Source of the DNA: Candidatus Bathyarchaeia archaeon
GTDB lineage: Archaea > Thermoproteota > CALKCG01 > B24
Direction of reading: 5' to 3'
Assembly (NCBI GenBank): GCA_038870975.1
Contig: JAVZJD010000001.1
Location: 640,001 to 704,000 of the forward strand
Length of the DNA: 64,000 nucleotides
The notes under the pieces are model-generated. The model ran no database searches. It saw nothing but the letters and a program-made list of their open reading frames with translations, and was not told the origin of the DNA. How positions within the stretch are numbered: position 1 is the stretch's first letter; each line of letters opens with the position of its first letter. The position numbers were made by a program, and so were the translations under genes. Positions 59,401 to 64,000 of the stretch are shown here, piece after piece.

Positions 59401-60432
59401 TTGACCTCTATGAGAAGGATTAAAGTTGGAATCGTAGGTTTAGGTATAATGGGTAGAGTGCACACAAAGGCATACAAAAGTCATCCGAATGTGGAAGTAA
59501 TAGCAGTATGCGATATAGATGAAGCCAAGGCTGAATCCTTTGCCAGAGAATTTTCAATTCCAAGGTTCTATACAGATTTTAGAGCTATGTCTGAAGATCC
59601 CGAACTTGAAGCAGTCTCTATAACTACTCCAGATTTTTCACATAAAGAACCCGTGATTACCTTTGCGAAAGCTGGCAAAGACATTCTATGTGAGAAACCC
59701 TTAGCTACTTCAACATCTGATGCCGAGGAAATGGTTAAAGCAGCAAGAAATAGTGGTGTTAAACTTATGGTCGCTTTTCACAATAGATGGAGTCCTCCAT
59801 ATGCTATTCTAAAGTCTAGAGTAATTTCAGGTGAATTAGGCGCCCCTGTATATGCATATACACGTCTCTGCGACACTATATACGTTCCAACAAAGATGAT
59901 AAGCTGGTCTTCTAAGACATCTGTCATCTGGTTCTTGGGAAGTCACGTGGTAGACCTTGTAAGGTGGATTTTTGAGAGAGAGGCTGAGAAGGTCTACTGC
60001 GTGAAGAGGGGTTACATCTTAAAAAGTATGAACATAGAGACTGAAGACTTCCTTCACTACATAGTTGAATTTCAAGATGGCGCTGTAGCACTGTTTGAAA
60101 ACAGCTGGGTTCTCCCAGAGACACTTCCATCAGTGGTGGATTTTGCAAGTAAGTTTGTCTTCACCAAGGGCTGTGTCTACGTAGACACTCACCATAGTCA
60201 GGCTATGAGAGTATTTACCTCCGCGAAGGCTGAAAATCCAGATTTATTCGGCGGCCCACTTGAAATACATGGACACTTAACTGGCTTCAACGTGAGAACG
60301 GTTTGGCACTTCGTCGAATGTCTTATTGAAGACAAAACGCCGTTATCTACAGGTGAAGATGGTTTGGCCGTGACGAAGATAATTGAAGCCGCTTTAAAAT
60401 CAGCCGCTGAAGGAAAACCTGTGAAAATTTAA
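59401..60432 (+). CDS. Gfo/Idh/MocA oxidoreductase
   Basis: GIVGLGIMG, TTPD..H, CEKPLA and LGSH..D. Confidence 0.9.
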   Translation: MTSMRRIKVGIVGLGIMGRVHTKAYKSHPNVEVIAVCDIDEAKAESFAREFSIPRFYTDFRAMSEDPELEAVSITTPDFSHKEPVITFAKAGKDILCEKPLATSTSDAEEMVKAARNSGVKLMVAFHNRWSPPYAILKSRVISGELGAPVYAYTRLCDTIYVPTKMISWSSKTSVIWFLGSHVVDLVRWIFEREAEKVYCVKRGYILKSMNIETEDFLHYIVEFQDGAVALFENSWVLPETLPSVVDFASKFVFTKGCVYVDTHHSQAMRVFTSAKAENPDLFGGPLEIHGHLTGFNVRTVWHFVECLIEDKTPLSTGEDGLAVTKIIEAALKSAAEGKPVKI

Positions 60433-60704
60433 ACGTTAAGAGCCTCTACATTTTTAATCCTATAAACTGCAAAGAAACCTATTGTACCGCTTAATCTAGT
60501 TGCCAACTCCCTCCTAAGCATTTTTACGTAATCTGGACTGCAATCTAGTATCATGATAAGCTCTACTGCGTCTAAATCCGGCCGATTAGGGAAGAGCCTA
60601 TCAATATTGTGCTTAACAATCTGACCGTTTTCAATACTATTTAATAGGTCGGAAATTTTATTCCAATCTCTAACGGGCGTACAAACCCTTAATAAATAGA
60701 ACAT
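60429..60704 (-). CDS. Small hypothetical protein
   Basis: 91-aa ORF with an ATG start and upstream TATA-like sequence. Confidence 0.6.
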   Translation of the reverse strand: MFYLLRVCTPVRDWNKISDLLNSIENGQIVKHNIDRLFPNRPDLDAVELIMILDCSPDYVKMLRRELATRLSGTIGFFAVYRIKNVEALNV

Positions 60705-61014
60705 TTTTCCACTTTCGCTTTCTAAAAATCTTAACTAGACTTTTTATATCTTTTCAATCTATTATACTCTCTTCATCATTTTATGGTGATTCTCTACACC
60801 CCGTCATAAGACTGACGTAATTTTCCATTATTTTTCTTCGTCCTTTTTCGGCCAATAACTTTTAACCACCAGAGTTTTCACTCCCATTTTATTGCTCAGT
60901 CCGTACGTCGTCTTAACGGTTTATGATATATCACAATTTTATAACCATAGCTAATTCAAAGTAGAAGGACATATGCTAGTGTTATGAATTATGCATCTGC
61001 ATCAGCCGCATCTA

Positions 61015-62826
61015 TTATTCGCTAACTTGCTCTAAGTTTTTAACTAGCAAATTTGAATATGCGTAAATTAAATGAGCAATCAAAGAAGCTATGAGTATGT
61101 ACATGCCATAACCCATAGCGACATCAAACGCTTTAAAGACACTGTTTTTTGCTAAGTTAAAGATTGCTAGAACTATCAGACAATTTATAAGAGCAGTTAT
61201 CCAGCATAATCTAGGTTTTATGAAAACAGTGGATAACTGAAAGACCAAGACTATCAATGTCACCACCGTCATCCATGGATTTAATCCAACGAGCAAACCA
61301 TATCTTTCCAGCAGATCCCACATTGTAAGTTCAGTTCTTCCAATAATCACGATGTGTGGACTTAGAAACCCTAAAAACGTCAAAACCCATCCAACTCCAG
61401 CTATAGCTCTGCCTAAAAAGACCTTCGTAGAAATTCTTTTAATCTGTTGTCGGTAGATTAAACTCGAGCAAACAACCGTTGCTATTAATAAAACCGGCAG
61501 ATACGGTGGATTTAGTCCTACTTCATATACCGGGCTTGTAGACAGTTGTACTCCATTAGATTCTAAAGCAACATAGAAGAATACTTTGCAAGGTATTACA
61601 GGCTCTATTTCAGCAATCCACCTGTTACCCATAAACTTCATGGTTTTCCTAATCCAGAGGCTACCTGGGATGCTACTCCTCCAAACAATAGACAGACTAT
61701 AGCCTTCAATAGATTCACTTTCAACTTCTACAGTCCATAGTTTAATCCTATAGTCTACTTTAGGACTTGAAATACTAGGTCCATCCTTAAACACACCATT
61801 TAACCATAGAATCGCTGTAGTTATCCAACTTGGATATGCTTTTGAATGGGTCCAATTTGGAGCTAAATTCATGACTTTATCTCGATAAGGTATTGCTGTG
61901 AAGGTATCGTTTATAGAGTGTAATGTGAAGAATTCATCGTTTGTAGATACCAGTACAAGTATCGGTTTATCTATCTTAGAAGCATAGAAGTACACGTCGA
62001 AATACTTAATCATAAGGTCGGCAAGTTCAGACTTTATGTTAAAGGTCTTCGGAACCATATGGTTTGCCAAACTACCGGACATTATTAAATCTCTATAGTT
62101 TCCAGACGCTACTATAGGTATGGCTGCTTTAACCCTTGGATCTACAGCTGCAACAATGTACGTCTCCACCCCTCCCATAGAAGCACCAGCTACTGCGATG
62201 CGCTCCTTATCTACATCTTCAATAGATGTTAGAAATGTCACAGCTCTTATGGCAGACCATGCCGCATGATAGTAATAAGCACCCCCAGGTCCACCGGATA
62301 TGTTAACTATGTTACTGGCTTTACACGCAGGTTCTCTAGAAGATTCACCGCATCCAGGTGCGTCAATACCCATGACGATATAGCCTTTTGAAGCAATGTA
62401 GACGGCGATACTTAAAAAGTCTCTAGAAGAACCGTTAGTTCCATGAAGCATTAAAATTGCTGGTAGAGGCTTAGTTTGATTTACTGGTTGAGCTATAAAC
62501 CCGTTTATCCTGACATTCCAACAACCGTAGTGCTCACTCGTATATTCCAACCATCGAATACTGACACTATAGTTATCTTCAACTCTATGCACAATTCCTT
62601 TGAATTCTATGTTTAAAGGCTCTTCAAAGGCTCTTGTTAAATTCCAGAAATCTATGCTTGGGCCACTCGGAGGATTGGAAAACCTTCTAGGAGTTTGAAT
62701 TGTAAGTCCAGTCGTCAGCAAAACGGAGGCTGTTGAAAATCCCACCACAAGTATTATTCTTAGAAAGCCAGAGGCTCCTCTAATTCTTACACGGCTCTGT
62801 TTGTTAAGATCACGTACTTCATCCAT
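61015..62826 (-). CDS. Membrane-anchored alpha/beta hydrolase (acetylxylan esterase-like)
   Basis: N-terminal TM, LHG, GASMGG nucleophile elbow, NDEFF, H, and C-terminal TM helices. Confidence 0.85.
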   Translation of the reverse strand: MDEVRDLNKQSRVRIRGASGFLRIILVVGFSTASVLLTTGLTIQTPRRFSNPPSGPSIDFWNLTRAFEEPLNIEFKGIVHRVEDNYSVSIRWLEYTSEHYGCWNVRINGFIAQPVNQTKPLPAILMLHGTNGSSRDFLSIAVYIASKGYIVMGIDAPGCGESSREPACKASNIVNISGGPGGAYYYHAAWSAIRAVTFLTSIEDVDKERIAVAGASMGGVETYIVAAVDPRVKAAIPIVASGNYRDLIMSGSLANHMVPKTFNIKSELADLMIKYFDVYFYASKIDKPILVLVSTNDEFFTLHSINDTFTAIPYRDKVMNLAPNWTHSKAYPSWITTAILWLNGVFKDGPSISSPKVDYRIKLWTVEVESESIEGYSLSIVWRSSIPGSLWIRKTMKFMGNRWIAEIEPVIPCKVFFYVALESNGVQLSTSPVYEVGLNPPYLPVLLIATVVCSSLIYRQQIKRISTKVFLGRAIAGVGWVLTFLGFLSPHIVIIGRTELTMWDLLERYGLLVGLNPWMTVVTLIVLVFQLSTVFIKPRLCWITALINCLIVLAIFNLAKNSVFKAFDVAMGYGMYILIASLIAHLIYAYSNLLVKNLEQVSE

Positions 62827-62829
62827 GGG

Positions 62830-62905
62830 AAATGCCTCAGATACCCCAGGTTAAACTCATCCATTTAACCAGGTCGTTCTTAGGTGACTTTCGTCATCGG
62901 CATTT
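62830..62905 (-). ncRNA. Candidate C/D-box sRNA or K-turn leader
   Basis: 7-bp terminal stem AAATGCC/GGCATTT enclosing GATGA (C), an internal GGATGA (C prime) and CTGA (D). Confidence 0.5.
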
Positions 62906-63252
62906 AAAAATTTGCCTTTCGTAATAATTAAAGATTATCTTCATATATTACAAAATCGCTTATCTATTGTTTGACTAAAAATAGCACCTTATCTTTGACA
63001 GATGGCTTCTTCATATCTATTAGGGATTCCTGACTTAATTGGTTTGCAAATTTCAATACTAAACTCTCGCCGCTATTCACGTATTTTGCTCTTAAGTTCT
63101 CCACTATCTTTAATATGTCTCCAAACGAATCTAGTACTTACCAAGCTTCTTAGGAGGAAAAGCTAATAACAATTTTCCATAAAATATATGAAAACCCTTA
63201 AAAACCTGTAGGTTCTAAAGTTAGAGGCGCATCTACATGGGGAGTTAAGGCT

Positions 63253-64000
63253 TTGGAAAGTACTGAGGAATTTAACGAACCTTGTCAAAGAGGAAGGGTT
63301 CAAAAGATTTAAAGAATCATTCCTAGCTTATTCGACAGACTTAGGTGGACTCATAGCTGGACTGATAATTTTTCTCCAGTTAGAATCCTTTCTAAGCGAA
63401 CCTTGGATTGTAATGCTATACCCCATTATGATGACGCTTAGAGGAAACGTAGGCGGGGTTTTTTCAGCCAGATTGTCTACAAGTTTAAACTTGGGTACAA
63501 TTAGACCATCCTTCAGAAGAAATACTCCACTCTTCGTGATACTTTTTTCAGCTATTAACTCTGTTTCTCTTCTCTTAAGCTTCTTCTCGGGATTGATGGT
63601 GTTCTTCGCGCAAGTGTTCATCGTGGGATTTAAACCGTGGCTCTTAGGAGTTATACTTTTAACCGCTATAAGTGTTCAGACGATTTCAATGTCTATTTCC
63701 ATCCCAATCACGTGTATCATGGGCTTTGCAAGCTTTAAACGCAATATAGACCCAGACGTCGTCATCTATCCGATGATGTCTACTGTTACAGATATCGTAG
63801 AGTCCTCCGCCTACATCATTGTCATCATCATGGTAAAAAGTTTAACCGGACTAATTACACTGTCATCTATATGTACACTATACTTATTAGTAATTTTCTT
63901 CTTCTTAAAGAAATGTAAAAGGGAGAAAGAATTCATAGAGTCTATAAAACAACCACTCGCCTCTCTACTCATCAGTTTGTCCTTCGGTTGGCTTTCGGGT
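63253..64000 (+). CDS. MgtE-family magnesium transporter, partial (start uncertain, runs off the window)
   Basis: Hand translation: FKESFLAYSTDLGGLIAG...YP...TLRGNVGGVFSARLSTSLNLG...DPD.V.YP.MST..D. Confidence 0.8.

Noticed and set aside
943-63621. Numerous 60-184 aa antisense or overlapping ORFs in the track
   Set aside because: They lie opposite or inside confidently identified genes and have shadow-ORF composition.
1-64000. CRISPR array or IS transposase
   Set aside because: No regularly spaced repeats, cas genes or DDE/HUH transposase ORF were seen.

Overview
Archaeal chromosomal window from the TACK group. PolD small subunit, PolB1, CdvB/ESCRT-III, FwdBD, an unlinked 5S rRNA and an OPT-like transporter fit a Bathyarchaeia-like organism; the taxonomy is inferred. 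Most of the window is housekeeping: HMG-CoA reductase, EF-2, UppS, MetAP, DP1-cdc6-oriC, aIF2-gamma, PolB, RsmB, Taw1, EndoV, RibK, RibL and Dph5. It also holds a 5S rRNA, an intron-containing tRNA-Arg(GCG), several sugar-catabolism genes and a roughly 8 kb integrated element (tyrosine integrase, primase-polymerase, helicase-like protein with internal iterons, HTH regulators, PD-(D/E)XK cargo). The main finding is that the EF-2 gene looks broken in the ORF track (stop plus frameshift just before the GTPase P-loop) but carries a 31-nt insertion at 2258-2288. The insertion folds into a textbook bulge-helix-bulge (BHB), and the predicted endonuclease cuts exactly restore the conserved IRNIGIIAHVDHGKTT motif. 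This points to a tRNA-type intron in an mRNA, a class I know in archaea essentially only from cbf5. A second translational GTPase, aIF2-gamma, is interrupted in its P-loop by a 642-aa LAGLIDADG intein. All calls come from reading the sequence; no searches or folding programs were run.
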